64,000 nucleotides of DNA from Burkholderiales bacterium (GCA_038330335.1 JBBQNW010000001.1:1255-65254), one strand, 5' to 3'; positions 51,568 to 62,722 are shown, counted from the first letter of the stretch. Notes: a model not told the origin generated them from the letters alone. A program made the numbers and translations.

Positions 51568-52782
51568 TTAATCAGCAACGATGACCGGTTTAACTTTGGC
51601 TGCCGCTGCTTTGGCAAGTTGTCGCGCTGTGTCAGTATCTTTAGCTCTGGCCAGTGCAACACCCATGCGACGACGGCTAAAAGATTCTGGCTTGCCAAAC
51701 AGGCGAATATCGACGCCCGGTGTTTGCAGTGCTTCCGCCACGCCTTCAAAGGCAATCGCTTTGTGGTTGTGTTGTCCGTAGATAACCGCCGAAGCCGAAG
51801 GCGTGTGCATCGTCACATCGACCGGCAAGCCAAGTATGGCCTTGGCGTGCAATTCAAGCTCATTTTGAAACTGACTGACTAGTGTCACCATGCCTGTATC
51901 ATGCGGTCGCGGGCTGACCTCTGAAAACCATACCATGTCATCCTTGACGAATAGTTCTACGCCAAATAAGCCTAGACCGCCAAGATCATCGGTAACTTTT
52001 TTTGCGATGTCTCTGGCGCGCTCCAGAGCGATCGCATGCATCGCTTGCGGCTGCCATGACTCGACATAGTCACCTTGAACCTGAACATGCCCTATCGGCT
52101 CGCAAAAATGCGTTTCGATCTCGCCGCTGGCGCCAATCGCCCTTACCGTCAGCTGGGTAATTTCGTAATCGAAATCGATGAAACCCTCAACAATCACGCG
52201 ACCGGCGTTAACCCGTCCACCTGAGGCGGCGTAATCCCATGCGGCTTCGACTTCGCTAGCGCTGTCTATTTTCGACTGGCCCTTGCCCGATGAAGACATG
52301 ACTGGCTTGATAATGCAAGGAAATCCAATTTCAGCGCAGGCTTGCTGCAGTTCCAGCAGATTGTCAGCGAAACGATATGCGGAGGTCGGAATCGACAAGG
52401 TTTCTGCCGCCAATCGACGTATCCCTTCCCGGTTCATCGTTAGCCAAGCAGCGCGCGCGGTCGGAATTACTTTCACTTTGCCGGCCTTCTCCAGTTCAAG
52501 CAATGTCGCTGTCGCGATTGCTTCGATTTCCGGCACGACTAAGTCCGGTTGTTCCAGTGCGATCAGTTTTGCCAGTGCCACACCATCCGTCATGTCAATG
52601 ACATGGGCGCGGTGGGCGACCTGATGGCCTGGCGCGTTTTCGTAACGGTCTACCGCGATGACTTCCACGCCCAGACGCTGCAAGGAAATAATCACTTCCT
52701 TGCCTAACTCTCCTGAACCCAGGAGCATGACTTTGGTACTGTGAGCGGAGAGCGGTGTGCCGATTCGTTGAATGGTTGTCAT
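51568..52782 (-). CDS. purT: Formate-dependent phosphoribosylglycinamide formyltransferase
   Basis: [31 protein letters not shown] and RRMGV motifs. Confidence 0.97.
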   Translation of the reverse strand: MTTIQRIGTPLSAHSTKVMLLGSGELGKEVIISLQRLGVEVIAVDRYENAPGHQVAHRAHVIDMTDGVALAKLIALEQPDLVVPEIEAIATATLLELEKAGKVKVIPTARAAWLTMNREGIRRLAAETLSIPTSAYRFADNLLELQQACAEIGFPCIIKPVMSSSGKGQSKIDSASEVEAAWDYAASGGRVNAGRVIVEGFIDFDYEITQLTVRAIGASGEIETHFCEPIGHVQVQGDYVESWQPQAMHAIALERARDIAKKVTDDLGGLGLFGVELFVKDDMVWFSEVSPRPHDTGMVTLVSQFQNELELHAKAILGLPVDVTMHTPSASAVIYGQHNHKAIAFEGVAEALQTPGVDIRLFGKPESFSRRRMGVALARAKDTDTARQLAKAAAAKVKPVIVAD

Positions 52783-53063
52783 CTTGTGCAGAAAAATAAA
52801 GTGGTTGGGATAGCTGGCGTAATTGTGGCGCGTTCAATTTTTACTTTAACAGCGCATCATTTACTTGATGCGAAATTATACTTTTGATTTTGTGAATGGA
52901 ATATTAGAAGTCGCCAAAGAAAGCATGTAAATTGCTTGACACAAGGCTTTGGCGCTTGATCTAATACCGCATGCAGATTTTCTGCCTATCGTAATAGATG
53001 AGCGACTAACAACATACAATCGAAGACATCGTTGCGAAGTTAAACTTTTTCGAGGGGGCGTAA

Positions 53064-53336
53064 GTGAATAAAACTGAATTAATCGATCATATTGCTAAGA
53101 CAGCCGACATTTCGAAAGCAGCGTCATCACGCGCGTTGGATGCCTTGATCGGTGCAGTAAAGGGAACATTAAAAAAAAATGGTACTGTGACTTTAGTCGG
53201 TTTCGGTACGTTTTCTGTCGGTAAGCGTGCCGCCAGAACAGGCCGGAATCCGCGTACCGGTGAAGCAATTAAAATCAAAGCTGCCAAAGTTCCTAAATTT
53301 AAACCTGGCAAAGCTTTGAAAGATGCTGTAAACTAA
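53064..53336 (+). CDS. hupB: HU family DNA-binding protein
   Basis: [23 protein letters not shown] and [11 protein letters not shown] motifs. Confidence 0.93.
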   Translation: MNKTELIDHIAKTADISKAASSRALDALIGAVKGTLKKNGTVTLVGFGTFSVGKRAARTGRNPRTGEAIKIKAAKVPKFKPGKALKDAVN

Positions 53337-53390
53337 TCGACTTCGTGGTGCGGTGACAAGCGCCATGATGTTTGTCAGTTGAATGAGATG

Positions 53391-53466
53391 GGGCGCTTAG
53401 CTCAGTTGGTAGAGCGGAGCCCTTACAAGGCTTAGGTCGGGAGTTCGAGCCTCTCAGCGCCCACCA
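53391..53466 (+). tRNA. tRNA-Val(TAC)
   Basis: GGGCGCT/AGCGCCC acceptor stem, loop CTTACAA, ACCA end. Confidence 0.97.
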
Positions 53467-53498
53467 TTGAATCGACAAGCAATAAGCAGCAAAAATTA

Positions 53499-53575
53499 GG
53501 AGTGGTAGTTCAGCTGGTTAGAATACCGGCCTGTCACGCCGGGGGTCGCGGGTTCGAGTCCCGTCCACTCCGCCA
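53499..53575 (+). tRNA. tRNA-Asp(GTC)
   Basis: GGAGTGG/CCACTCC acceptor stem, loop CTGTCAC, GCCA end. Confidence 0.97.
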
Positions 53576-53581
53576 AAATCT

Positions 53582-53609
53582 AAAAGGCGAACGAAAGTTC
53601 GCCTTTTTT
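53582..53609 (+). terminator. Intrinsic terminator after tRNA-Asp
   Basis: AAAAGGCGAAC-GAAA-GTTCGCCTTTTTT. Confidence 0.9.
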
Positions 53610-53647
53610 CATATTCGGTAACAGTTTGTTCTAGTGATCGGTTGAGC

Positions 53648-55567
53648 ATGTTTGAATATATTCGTACCCACCAGCGCATCATGCAGCTGCTTTTGCTGCT
53701 AATTATCTTCCCATCGTTTGCTTTTTTCGGCATAGAAAGCTTTACCCGCTCCAGCGGATCGGGTGCGGCGGTTGCTACCGTTGCGGGTCAGAATATTAGC
53801 CAGCAAGAATTTGACGTCGCACAGCGCGAACAGTTGGATCGCTTGCGTCAGACTTACGGTCCTCAATTTGATTCGAAAATGTTAAGTACGCCCGAAGCCA
53901 GGCAAAACATTTTAGATGAATTGATCTCACGTAAGGCCTTGGCGGTCGAGGTTCTCAATAATCATTTGTCGGTTAGCGATCAAAGTCTCCAGCAAAATAT
54001 CTTATCGACTCCGGGTTTGGTGAAGCCGGACGGTAGTTTCGATTCTGACCGTTACAAGAGTTTATTGGCCGGGCAAGGAATGACGCCGGCAATGTATGAA
54101 CAGCGTCTGCGCCAGGATTTGGCATTGCAGCAGTTATTAAGTGCAGTACAGAACACGGTGATTTTGCCCAAGACAATCGCCGAACGCATTGCTGCTATTT
54201 ACGAGCAGGAACGTGAAGTGCAAAAGTTAGATTTCAAAGCGGCTGACTATGTAGCAAAAGTGAAAGTCACTGATGTGATGGTGCAAGCTTATTACGAAAA
54301 AAATGCAAGTCAGTTTGAAATTCCAGAATTAATTAAAGCCGAATATGTGGTGCTTAATGATGACGCTTTAGGTGCGCAAATTTCTGTTTCCGAGGCAGAT
54401 ATTCAAGCGCATTATGAGCAGAATAAGAATAGCTTTGCCACCGAAGAGCAGCGTCGCGCGAGTCATATTCTGATTTCCGTGAAAAAAGATGCCAGCACTG
54501 CTGATATCGCCAGCGCCAAAACTAAAGCTGAAAAAGTATTGGCCGCAGTGCGTAAAAATCCTGAAGGCTTTGCCAAGCTCGCTAAAGAAAATTCTCACGA
54601 TACCGGCTCTGCAGAGCGCGGCGGTGATCTTGATTTTTTTGCTAAAGGGGCGATGGTCAAACAGTTTGAAGATGCTGCTTATAAGCTGAAGCAAGGTGAG
54701 ATCAGTGATTTGGTTCAGTCTGATTTCGGTTTCCATATTATTCAGCTGACAGCGATTAAGCCTGCCTCCATCAAGTCTCTGGACCAAGTCAAAGGACAAA
54801 TTTCAGCTGAAATAAAAAAACAAAAAGCCGCCAAGGCATACGCAGAAGCGGCAGAGATTTTTACCAATACAGTGTATGAGCAATCGGACAGTTTAAAGGC
54901 CGTGGCGGATAAGCTGAAATTGAAAATTGAAGTTGTTGCATCATTAAGTCGTCAGCCGAATCCCTCAATTCCTGCAACTGTTCCTGTGAATAATGCTAAA
55001 TTTTTGAAGGCGATATTTTCAGAAGATTCATTACAGAAAAAACACAATACAGAAGCGGTGGAAGTTGCACCAAGAGTGTTAATCGCCGGTAGAGTCGTTG
55101 AGTATAAGGCAGCGAGTAAGCGTCCGTTGGCTGAAGTAAGGTCGCAAATTGAGGCGAGGGTGATTCAGGTGGAAGCTGCAGCCCTGGCGAAAAAAGCCGG
55201 AGAGTCAGCCTTGCTTGCTTTGAAGGTAGCCGATAATGTTACTGGCTTTTCTGAGCCAAAACTTGTTTCTCGTTTAAAAAATCAAGGTGTCGCAAATGAA
55301 GTGCTGGCTTCGGTGATGAAAGCGGACATCCAAAAATTACCTGCTTTTGTTGGGGTTGATGTCGCTGGCACAGCTTACTCGGTATATAGGATAGGAAAAG
55401 TGACTGTGGGGACTCCTGATCCGGCAAGACGCACATCCGAGAAACAGCAAATTGCCAGTGTTGTTTCTCAGCAAGATACGTATTCGTATATCGAAGCGCT
55501 TAAGAAAAAATCTAAAGTGACGATAAATAAGGCCGCAATGTCGGCGACAAGTGTAGTCGCAGAGTAG
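53648..55567 (+). CDS. ppiD: PpiD-like parvulin PPIase / periplasmic chaperone
   Basis: N-terminal TM, SurA-N-like region, RRASHILI, SAERGGDL and SDFGFHII motifs; follows HU. Confidence 0.9.
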   Translation: MFEYIRTHQRIMQLLLLLIIFPSFAFFGIESFTRSSGSGAAVATVAGQNISQQEFDVAQREQLDRLRQTYGPQFDSKMLSTPEARQNILDELISRKALAVEVLNNHLSVSDQSLQQNILSTPGLVKPDGSFDSDRYKSLLAGQGMTPAMYEQRLRQDLALQQLLSAVQNTVILPKTIAERIAAIYEQEREVQKLDFKAADYVAKVKVTDVMVQAYYEKNASQFEIPELIKAEYVVLNDDALGAQISVSEADIQAHYEQNKNSFATEEQRRASHILISVKKDASTADIASAKTKAEKVLAAVRKNPEGFAKLAKENSHDTGSAERGGDLDFFAKGAMVKQFEDAAYKLKQGEISDLVQSDFGFHIIQLTAIKPASIKSLDQVKGQISAEIKKQKAAKAYAEAAEIFTNTVYEQSDSLKAVADKLKLKIEVVASLSRQPNPSIPATVPVNNAKFLKAIFSEDSLQKKHNTEAVEVAPRVLIAGRVVEYKAASKRPLAEVRSQIEARVIQVEAAALAKKAGESALLALKVADNVTGFSEPKLVSRLKNQGVANEVLASVMKADIQKLPAFVGVDVAGTAYSVYRIGKVTVGTPDPARRTSEKQQIASVVSQQDTYSYIEALKKKSKVTINKAAMSATSVVAE

Positions 55568-55588
55568 TTAATTGCCGAGTGTTTCAGG

Positions 55589-55622
55589 AAAAAAGCGGCA
55601 TCAAATTGATGCCGCTTTTTTT
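55589..55622 (+). terminator. Intrinsic terminator after ppiD
   Basis: AAAAAAGCGGCATCAAATTGATGCCGCTTTTTTT. Confidence 0.9.
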
Positions 55623-55629
55623 GTTTATC

Positions 55630-55961
55630 GGTCCCGCCCTGAAATAGCTTGTCAGTAAGATGACTTATTTTAAGGAGAGCGAAGATGGCAGAGGAAATTA
55701 AGCGTAGTCAGCGATCATGGAATGGCTTGTAAACTGGGGGTGGTCAGCGCTGTTGAAAAGGTCAAATGACCTACACCAGGCTCAGAACAAGTACGGCATT
55801 CAGGAGCGCTTATGGCGTTAGCATGCTTACCCAGGTATGGCCGGCAAGACTGGAGTGTACTGGCACTATCATTCATCAAGCGGCAATCAGCACTGCAATC
55901 ATATTACAAGCCAAGAAACTGAAAAAAGCCTAAACTTATAAGTCTATTTCAGGACGGGTCA
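55630..55961 (+). mobile_element. Internally deleted IS3-family (IS150-group-like) remnant, 332 bp
   Basis: Terminal IRs GGTCCCGCCCTGAAATAG / TGACCCGTCCTGAAATAG (15/18 match); 3-bp ATC direct repeats at 55627-55629 and 55962-55964; RBS plus ATG 55685 and frameshifted OrfA-like pieces KRSQR, KLGVVSAVEK, QAQNKYGIQ, GRQDW. Confidence 0.85.
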
Positions 55962-56033
55962 ATCAAAACCCCCTTCACGGCTGTTCCTTTCCTTGGCTAA
56001 AGGCATTGAATATTAATGGTAAGCCAGTAATAT

Positions 56034-56047
56034 TTGATTTGAATCAA
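56034..56047. promoter_or_regulatory. FNR/Anr box upstream of ccoN
   Basis: Perfect TTGAT-TTGA-ATCAA, 57 bp before the ccoN ATG. Confidence 0.88.
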
Positions 56048-56104
56048 TGTGGCCAGGGCTAAGATTGTTATTCTTAAATATAATTTTTTCAACCGAGTGA
56101 GATC

Positions 56105-57556
56105 ATGACTTTAACCAAAGAAAACACATACAACTACCGTGTTGTACGCCAATTTTCTGTCATGGCAGTAGTTTGGGGCGTAGTCGGCATGCTTGTAGGC
56201 GTGGTGATTGCTTCTCAACTTGCCTGGCCGGAATTTCTAGGCGGTATCCCCTGGCTTAGCTATGGGCGCTTGCGCCCTTTGCATACGAACGCTGTTATTT
56301 TTGCGTTTGGTGGCTGCGCATTGATGGGGACGTCTTACTATGTCGTGCAGCGCACCTCGAATGTTCGCCTGTTCGGGGGGGCATTGGCCGAGTTCACTTT
56401 TTGGGGATGGCAACTGGTTATCCTTGCTGCCGCGATCTCACTTCCGCTCGGATATACCCAGGGTAAGGAATATGCTGAACTCGAGTGGCCGATTGATATC
56501 TTGATCGCTCTGGTCTGGGTTGCCTACGCCGTAGTATTTTTTGGAACTTTGGCAAAACGTAAGGTTGAGCACATCTATGTGGCGAACTGGTTCTACGGTG
56601 CTTTCATTGTCGCTGTGGCGGTCTTGCATATCGTAAATAGTGCGGCAATTCCTGTGTCCTTTTTGAAGTCTTATTCTGCTTATGCTGGTGTGCAGGATGC
56701 GATGGTGCAATGGTGGTACGGTCACAATGCGGTCGGATTCTTTTTGACTGCCGGCTTTTTGGGCATGATGTATTACTTTATACCTAAACAAATTGAGCGC
56801 CCTGTCTATTCTTACCGTTTGTCTATCGTGCATTTTTGGGCACTGATTTTTACTTACATGTGGGCAGGTCCGCATCATTTGCATTACACCGCTTTGCCTG
56901 ACTGGGCACAGTCTATCGGTATGGTGTTTTCCCTAATTTTGCTTGCACCTTCCTGGGGTGGTATGGTGAACGGCATTATGACTTTGTCTGGCGCCTGGAG
57001 TAAATTGCGCTCAGATCCTATCTTACGTTTCTTAATCGTGTCGCTGTCGTTTTATGGTATGTCGACCTTTGAAGGCCCGATGATGGCAATTAAGACTGTG
57101 AACGCTTTATCTCATTACACCGATTGGACCGTAGGTCACGTTCACTCAGGAGCCTTGGGTTGGGTAGGCTTTATTACCATCGGTAGTTTGTATTATCTGA
57201 TTCCCCGCTTATTCGGCCAGACGCAAATGTACAGTAAGCGCCTAATTGAGGTGCATTTCTGGGTCGCGACTATTGGTGTTGTTTTGTATATCGCGTCGAT
57301 GTGGATCGCCGGTGTTATGCAGGGCTTAATGTGGCGTGCGGTGAATGAAGACGGCACCTTAACTTATACCTTTGTCGAAGGCGTGAAGGCAACCTATCCA
57401 TACTATGTCATTCGGGTTACCGGTGGCTTGATGTATCTGAGCGGCATGTTGTTGATGGCTTATAACGTCGCAAAAACATTGATGGCAGCCAAGCCAGTCA
57501 ATAACGCGATCCCGGCCTTGCATGTGGCAGCAACACATGCTCCGGCACATGCATAA
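56105..57556 (+). CDS. ccoN: cbb3-type cytochrome c oxidase subunit I
   Basis: [28 protein letters not shown] and [13 protein letters not shown] motifs. Confidence 0.98.
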   Translation: MTLTKENTYNYRVVRQFSVMAVVWGVVGMLVGVVIASQLAWPEFLGGIPWLSYGRLRPLHTNAVIFAFGGCALMGTSYYVVQRTSNVRLFGGALAEFTFWGWQLVILAAAISLPLGYTQGKEYAELEWPIDILIALVWVAYAVVFFGTLAKRKVEHIYVANWFYGAFIVAVAVLHIVNSAAIPVSFLKSYSAYAGVQDAMVQWWYGHNAVGFFLTAGFLGMMYYFIPKQIERPVYSYRLSIVHFWALIFTYMWAGPHHLHYTALPDWAQSIGMVFSLILLAPSWGGMVNGIMTLSGAWSKLRSDPILRFLIVSLSFYGMSTFEGPMMAIKTVNALSHYTDWTVGHVHSGALGWVGFITIGSLYYLIPRLFGQTQMYSKRLIEVHFWVATIGVVLYIASMWIAGVMQGLMWRAVNEDGTLTYTFVEGVKATYPYYVIRVTGGLMYLSGMLLMAYNVAKTLMAAKPVNNAIPALHVAATHAPAHA

Positions 57557-57583
57557 ATCAGAGATATCAATAGGAGAATACTG

Positions 57584-58201
57584 ATGCGAAATTTTACTCA
57601 TGATTTGATAGAACGAAATGTTGGACTGTTGCTGGTACTGGTGATATTGACGATTAGTGTCGGTGGACTGGTAGAAATTGTTCCATTGTTTTTTCAAAAA
57701 TCGACCACTGAACCTGTTGCCGGCATGCAGCCGTATTCGGCGCTGCAACTTACCGGCAGGGATATTTATTTACGTGAAGGTTGCTATAATTGTCATTCGC
57801 AAATGATACGTCCGTTCAGGGCGGAGACAGAGCGTTATGGCCACTATTCGGTCGCTGGTGAGTCTGTTTATGATCATCCTTTTCAGTGGGGTAGTAAGCG
57901 TACTGGCCCTGATTTGGCACGCGTAGGCGGGCGCTATAGTGACTCCTGGCATCAGGATCACCTGAACAACCCCCGTGCTGTGGTGCCTGAGTCCAATATG
58001 CCTGCGTATTCATGGTTGGCGAACGCAAAACTGGATCCTGAAGCAGTTGCGCCAAAGCTGCGAGTAATGAAAACGCTGGGTGTGCCGTATACCGAGAAGC
58101 AAATTTCTGAGGCATCAAGCGAATTAACAGATAAAACGGAACTTGATGCACTGATTGCGTATCTACAGGTTTTAGGCACCGCAATTAAAAACAAAAACTA
58201 A
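57584..58201 (+). CDS. ccoO: cbb3-type oxidase subunit II
   Basis: [11 protein letters not shown] and [10 protein letters not shown] motifs. Confidence 0.98.
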   Translation: MRNFTHDLIERNVGLLLVLVILTISVGGLVEIVPLFFQKSTTEPVAGMQPYSALQLTGRDIYLREGCYNCHSQMIRPFRAETERYGHYSVAGESVYDHPFQWGSKRTGPDLARVGGRYSDSWHQDHLNNPRAVVPESNMPAYSWLANAKLDPEAVAPKLRVMKTLGVPYTEKQISEASSELTDKTELDALIAYLQVLGTAIKNKN

Positions 58202-58232
58202 TTCACATTCGATCGCTTTTAGAGGAGTAAGT

Positions 58233-58379
58233 ATGAACTTCACAATACTTAGCAGCATAGTGACAGTGATTAGCATGGTGGTTTTTATCGGCATTATTTA
58301 TTGGGCGTTTAGTTCCAAGAATAAAGCGCGCTTTGAAGAGATAGCACGCATGCCAATTGATAATGAGAATGGAAAATAG
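58233..58379 (+). CDS. ccoQ: cbb3-type oxidase subunit CcoQ (48 aa, not in the ORF track)
   Basis: Translated by hand: MNFTILSSIVTVISMVVFIGIIYWAFSSKNKARFEEIARMPIDNENGK; GAGGAG RBS. Confidence 0.92.
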   Translation: MNFTILSSIVTVISMVVFIGIIYWAFSSKNKARFEEIARMPIDNENGK

Positions 58380-58381
58380 TC

Positions 58382-59404
58382 ATGGCAGATTTTTTTAGTG
58401 AATGGTGGAGTATCGCGATCTCTATCGTGGTGATGATCAGCATTGCAGCTTGTGGCTTGTTGTTGTGGTCGCAGTCAAAAGTTAAGGTGAAACTGGGGCT
58501 GGATGGTAAACCGTTGCCAGCCGAGACTACCGGACATGTGTGGGATGGTAACTTGATGGAGCAGAACAATCCTTTGCCAAGGTGGTGGATGTGGTTGTTT
58601 TATCTCACGATTATCTTTGCAGTGGGCTATCTCATAGTGTATCCGGGTCTTGGGAGCATGCAAGGCAGTTTTGGCTGGAGTCAAGCTGGCGCTTATGAAA
58701 AAGAAATCAAAGAGGGCGAGCAGCAATATGGTCCGATCTTTAATAAGTTTTTAAATATGGAAATTTCCGCAGTGTCGAAAGATCCGCAAGCAATGGAAAT
58801 CGGGCAGCGTTTATTTTTGAATAACTGCTCCCAATGCCATGGCTCGGATGCAATGGGCGGAAAAGGCTACCCAAATCTTACGGATAACGATTGGCTGTAC
58901 GGTGGTGATCCGCAAACCATTAAGACGACACTTATGCAGGGACGTCATGGACAAATGCCTCCGATGGGAGCCGCTGTTGGCTCGGATGATGATGTGCGTA
59001 ACGTTGCTAATTACGTATTGAGTTTATCGAATACTGCACATGATCCGATTAAAGCGGCACTGGGTAAGTCTAAATTTGCAGCCTGCGCGGCATGTCACGG
59101 CGCGGAAGGAAAAGGGACGCAGGCTTTGGGCGCGCCTAACCTGACCGATAAAATTTGGCTGTATGGCGGCGGTATCGATAATGTCATGGAAACTATTAAT
59201 AAAGGCCGCAATAACCAGATGCCTTCCAGGGCTTCTTTAGGCGATGCCAAGATACATTTGCTGACTGCTTACGTATGGGGTTTGTCACATAACGGTAACG
59301 CCAATGTATCCGATGCAGAAGCCGGTGCCATTAAGCAAATAGCTAACGCTGGTGTTGTTGGCAATGTTGATAAAAGTTCTGCAAGCGGCGAAGCCGTAAA
59401 ATAA
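58382..59404 (+). CDS. ccoP: cbb3-type oxidase subunit III
   Basis: TTGHVWD, NNPLPRWW and two haem motifs CSQCH and CAACH. Confidence 0.97.
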   Translation: MADFFSEWWSIAISIVVMISIAACGLLLWSQSKVKVKLGLDGKPLPAETTGHVWDGNLMEQNNPLPRWWMWLFYLTIIFAVGYLIVYPGLGSMQGSFGWSQAGAYEKEIKEGEQQYGPIFNKFLNMEISAVSKDPQAMEIGQRLFLNNCSQCHGSDAMGGKGYPNLTDNDWLYGGDPQTIKTTLMQGRHGQMPPMGAAVGSDDDVRNVANYVLSLSNTAHDPIKAALGKSKFAACAACHGAEGKGTQALGAPNLTDKIWLYGGGIDNVMETINKGRNNQMPSRASLGDAKIHLLTAYVWGLSHNGNANVSDAEAGAIKQIANAGVVGNVDKSSASGEAVK

Positions 59405-59435
59405 ATACGTCATCTGAAATAAGTCAGGCATTAAA

Positions 59436-60848
59436 GTGAAAATTATACCGATAGTCCCAGTGCCAATCGAAGAAGTGGAAATGGCATTGTTTGAAGAACG
59501 TAGGAAAATATATCCTAGGTCCCAAAAAGGCTGGTTTGGGTCGTGGCGCTGGGTATTGGTATTTTTTACACAAGTACTATTTTACGGGACTGCCTGGTTA
59601 AACTGGAATGGCAGGCAAGCCGTTTTATTTGATTTGGTGACGCGCAAATTTTATATCTTTGGAATGGTGCTTTGGCCGCAAGATTTTATTTATCTGGCGG
59701 TATTGCTAGTGATATCTGCCCTGTCATTGTTCTTATTTACGGCGATAGCAGGGCGAGTTTTTTGTGGTTATGCCTGTCCGCAAACTGTCTACACAGAAAT
59801 TTTTATGTGGATAGAAAAAAAGATTGAGGGCGAGCGTAATGCGCGTATCAAACTGGACGCCGCGCCCATGTCTTTGCATAAATTCACATTGAAATTTGCT
59901 AAGCATGCGGCATGGCTAGCGCTCGCTTTATGGACTGGTTTTACATTTGTTGGATATTTCACCCCGATTCACTTTCTGGCGGAAGAAGTCCTTTCTTTTT
60001 CGCTTGGTCCATGGGAAGTTTTTTGGCTGTTATTTTACGGTTTTGCCACCTACGGTAATGCTGGCTTCATGCGTGAGCAAGTATGTAAATACATGTGTCC
60101 GTACGCGCGTTTTCAAAGCGCTATGTTTGACAAAGATACTCTGATTGTCACTTATGATACTGAACGCGGTGATCCACGCGGTTCACGCAACAAAAAAGTA
60201 GATTTCAAGGCACTTGGTCTGGGCGCTTGTGTTGATTGCGACATTTGCGTTCAGGTGTGTCCAACTGGAATTGATATTCGCAATGGTCTGCAGTACGAAT
60301 GTATCGCATGTGGGGCCTGTATTGACGGTTGCGATCAGGTGATGGACAAAATGGGTTACGAGCGTGGCTTGATCCGTTATACGACAGAACACGCACTTGT
60401 TGGCAAACTCGACAATAAATCAATGTGGCGCCGTGTTTTTCGCTTACGCACGATAATTTACAGCGGGATACTCGGATTGATTATTCTGGCTGCAATCATC
60501 TCGCTTGCCTACCACGTTCCACTCAAGGTGGACGTTATCCGGGATCGTGGTATGCCGAAAATTACCGAGACAGGTGACGTAGAAAATGTTTATCGGCTGC
60601 AAATTATGAATACGCAAGAGGCTGCGCGCACGTATCAGATTTCGGTGAAGGGCATTGCTGGGGCCACTATCGTCAATAAAAACGAAGTGAATATCAACTC
60701 TGCCTCGGCGGCGGCATTTCCAGTGCGTGTCAGAATTCCGGCCGGTGCTGCTGAGACTGGCTCTAACAGAATACGTTTCACGGTGCAAGATACGCAATCA
60801 CCAGATGTATCGGTAACTGAAAAAGCAGTTTTTCTGGTGCCAAAATAG
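59436..60848 (+). CDS. ccoG: Cytochrome c oxidase accessory protein CcoG
   Basis: GRVFCGYACPQTV, CKYMCPYARFQ, CVDCDICVQVCP and CIACGACIDGC motifs. Confidence 0.96.
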   Translation: MKIIPIVPVPIEEVEMALFEERRKIYPRSQKGWFGSWRWVLVFFTQVLFYGTAWLNWNGRQAVLFDLVTRKFYIFGMVLWPQDFIYLAVLLVISALSLFLFTAIAGRVFCGYACPQTVYTEIFMWIEKKIEGERNARIKLDAAPMSLHKFTLKFAKHAAWLALALWTGFTFVGYFTPIHFLAEEVLSFSLGPWEVFWLLFYGFATYGNAGFMREQVCKYMCPYARFQSAMFDKDTLIVTYDTERGDPRGSRNKKVDFKALGLGACVDCDICVQVCPTGIDIRNGLQYECIACGACIDGCDQVMDKMGYERGLIRYTTEHALVGKLDNKSMWRRVFRLRTIIYSGILGLIILAAIISLAYHVPLKVDVIRDRGMPKITETGDVENVYRLQIMNTQEAARTYQISVKGIAGATIVNKNEVNINSASAAAFPVRVRIPAGAAETGSNRIRFTVQDTQSPDVSVTEKAVFLVPK

Positions 60849-60851
60849 GAC

Positions 60852-61409
60852 ATGAACATGAACGCGAACACTGGTTTGCCACCAAAGATAATTAAAAAAG
60901 ATATTTGGTACAAAGAACCCTGGCTTTTACTGGTCGTGGGCGGCCCACTGGTTGTGGTCTGCGCCAGTATTTTTACCGGTGTAATAGCCTGGCGCGGATC
61001 AGATAAGGTCGTCGCTGAAGACTATTACAAGCAAGGCTTAATGATTAACAAGGATTTGCAGCGCGATGCCACAGCACGTGAGTTGCAATTGTCTGCCGTT
61101 ATTACACTCGATCTGGCCGGTAAACGCCTCAAAATGCTTATGACATCCAAGGCTGCATTGCCAGAAACAGTTCAGGTAAGTCTGGCAAGTTCTGGCGGGA
61201 AAAGTACATCGGTGACCGAAGTTATCCGGCGCTTGTCAATGAAACAGTTGCAAGATGGCAGCTATGAAGGTGATTTGTCCGGGGCATCGGGTCTGTCGGT
61301 AGAGACAGTGAAAGTACTTCATGTTAAGGTGGAAACAACAGACTGGCGCCTTACAGGTGACTGGTTTGAACCGGAGCAAAGACAGGCGCGTCTCTACGCT
61401 GCAAAATAG
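60852..61409 (+). CDS. ccoH: FixH/CcoH family protein
   Basis: WYKEPW.., one TM helix, V.EDYYKQGL.IN. Confidence 0.88.
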   Translation: MNMNANTGLPPKIIKKDIWYKEPWLLLVVGGPLVVVCASIFTGVIAWRGSDKVVAEDYYKQGLMINKDLQRDATARELQLSAVITLDLAGKRLKMLMTSKAALPETVQVSLASSGGKSTSVTEVIRRLSMKQLQDGSYEGDLSGASGLSVETVKVLHVKVETTDWRLTGDWFEPEQRQARLYAAK

Positions 61410-61461
61410 TTGCGCATTCCTGATTTGCCTTATACCGATAACGAAACAAGGGGAACTGAAT

Positions 61462-61719
61462 TTGGAACATCGAGACTCTGTAAATTCCAAGCCGCTGTGG
61501 CGCCCACTTTTGATGGTAGTGTTGTGGCCTTCATTCTTGATGGCATGTGTGGCGACGGGTTTTTTCTTTAGTTTGGTTGATCCAATGGAACTGATCATTC
61601 TGGATGGGCGCCTTAAAGTTCACATACTCGGGGCTTACACCTTGGGTTTTTTTTGTTTCTGGTTGCTAGGCGTACTGTCTAGCGGATTAACGGCCTTACT
61701 CGTTCAAAAAGCACGATGA
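61462..61719 (+). CDS. Small two-TM membrane protein of the cco cluster
   Basis: LWPSFLMA..FFSLVDP..YTLGFF.FW; start uncertain. Confidence 0.7.
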   Translation: MEHRDSVNSKPLWRPLLMVVLWPSFLMACVATGFFFSLVDPMELIILDGRLKVHILGAYTLGFFCFWLLGVLSSGLTALLVQKAR

Positions 61720-61859
61720 ATAGCTAACCGTGCTGATGTCGGTGCATGAGCTAATTTGGCAGCAATGATCGAAAAGATATTTTTTATCATGTGTTACTGA
61801 AATTTTTTGCACCCAGGTCGCTCGCTTCAATGCAGTCGATTTTATTTTGGATTTTTTAG

Positions 61860-62624
61860 ATGATCACACTGCCGCTGGCTTTTGCTGCACTTACTGCGGG
61901 GGCGGTTGGCGGCGTGCATTGTGTGGGAATGTGCGGAGGTATTTCTGCATTGCTGTCGCGGAATGCCGCTACGCCGCGTAAAGTGATCGTGATCGCCAAC
62001 CGCAGTGCACCAGCTACTACTTGCCAAAGTCAGCGTTCTGACGGCCATTTGCGCTATCAATTACTGCTTCATAGCGGACGTCTGCTGACGTATGCGTTGA
62101 TTGGTGCGCTGTTTGGTGGCTTGGGCGCAACGGGCCTGTTATTGAGCCCTTATCTGCCAATTCAGAGGATATTGTTCATTATTGGGAATGTTGCCTTGGT
62201 CTTTCTGGGCTTGCGTTTGCTTGGGCTTGGCTTGGCGATATCCGTATTTAAAGGATTAGCCGACGCGTTATCCCGCTTTGCCAATGCAGTATTTCCCGCC
62301 ATGCACAAAGCTGTGCAATACCCATTTTTTATCGGTATGAGCTGGGGTTGTTTGCCATGTGGCTTATTGTTTGGTATTGCCCCCTTTGCTTTGCTTTCTG
62401 GTGATGCAATATCCGGTGCCGCGCTGATGCTGCTATTTGGACTTGCCGCTTTGCCGCATTTGCTGCTGGCGCAAAGACTCACCAAATATGATGTGCACGG
62501 GGCATTTTCATCCGGTGTTCGCCTGATCAGCGCGAGTCTCCTGATACTGACAGGCTTGCTTGGACTATGGTATTTCGACATGAAAGACATGCCAAGCTTT
62601 TTGTGCGTGACCGCGGTTGCTTAA
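61860..62624 (+). CDS. DsbD_2/TauE-SafE family membrane protein (cco accessory)
   Basis: HCVGMCGG, GRLLTY and WGCLPCGL motifs. Confidence 0.88.
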   Translation: MITLPLAFAALTAGAVGGVHCVGMCGGISALLSRNAATPRKVIVIANRSAPATTCQSQRSDGHLRYQLLLHSGRLLTYALIGALFGGLGATGLLLSPYLPIQRILFIIGNVALVFLGLRLLGLGLAISVFKGLADALSRFANAVFPAMHKAVQYPFFIGMSWGCLPCGLLFGIAPFALLSGDAISGAALMLLFGLAALPHLLLAQRLTKYDVHGAFSSGVRLISASLLILTGLLGLWYFDMKDMPSFLCVTAVA

Positions 62625-62722
62625 TGTTAATGCCGTAATCACGGTGCAATACTATCCTGCTAGTGATACCGAAAAAAGCCTAGGCCACCGCAATGACTAT
62701 CGCAAGCTTCGGGGCATCTGAT

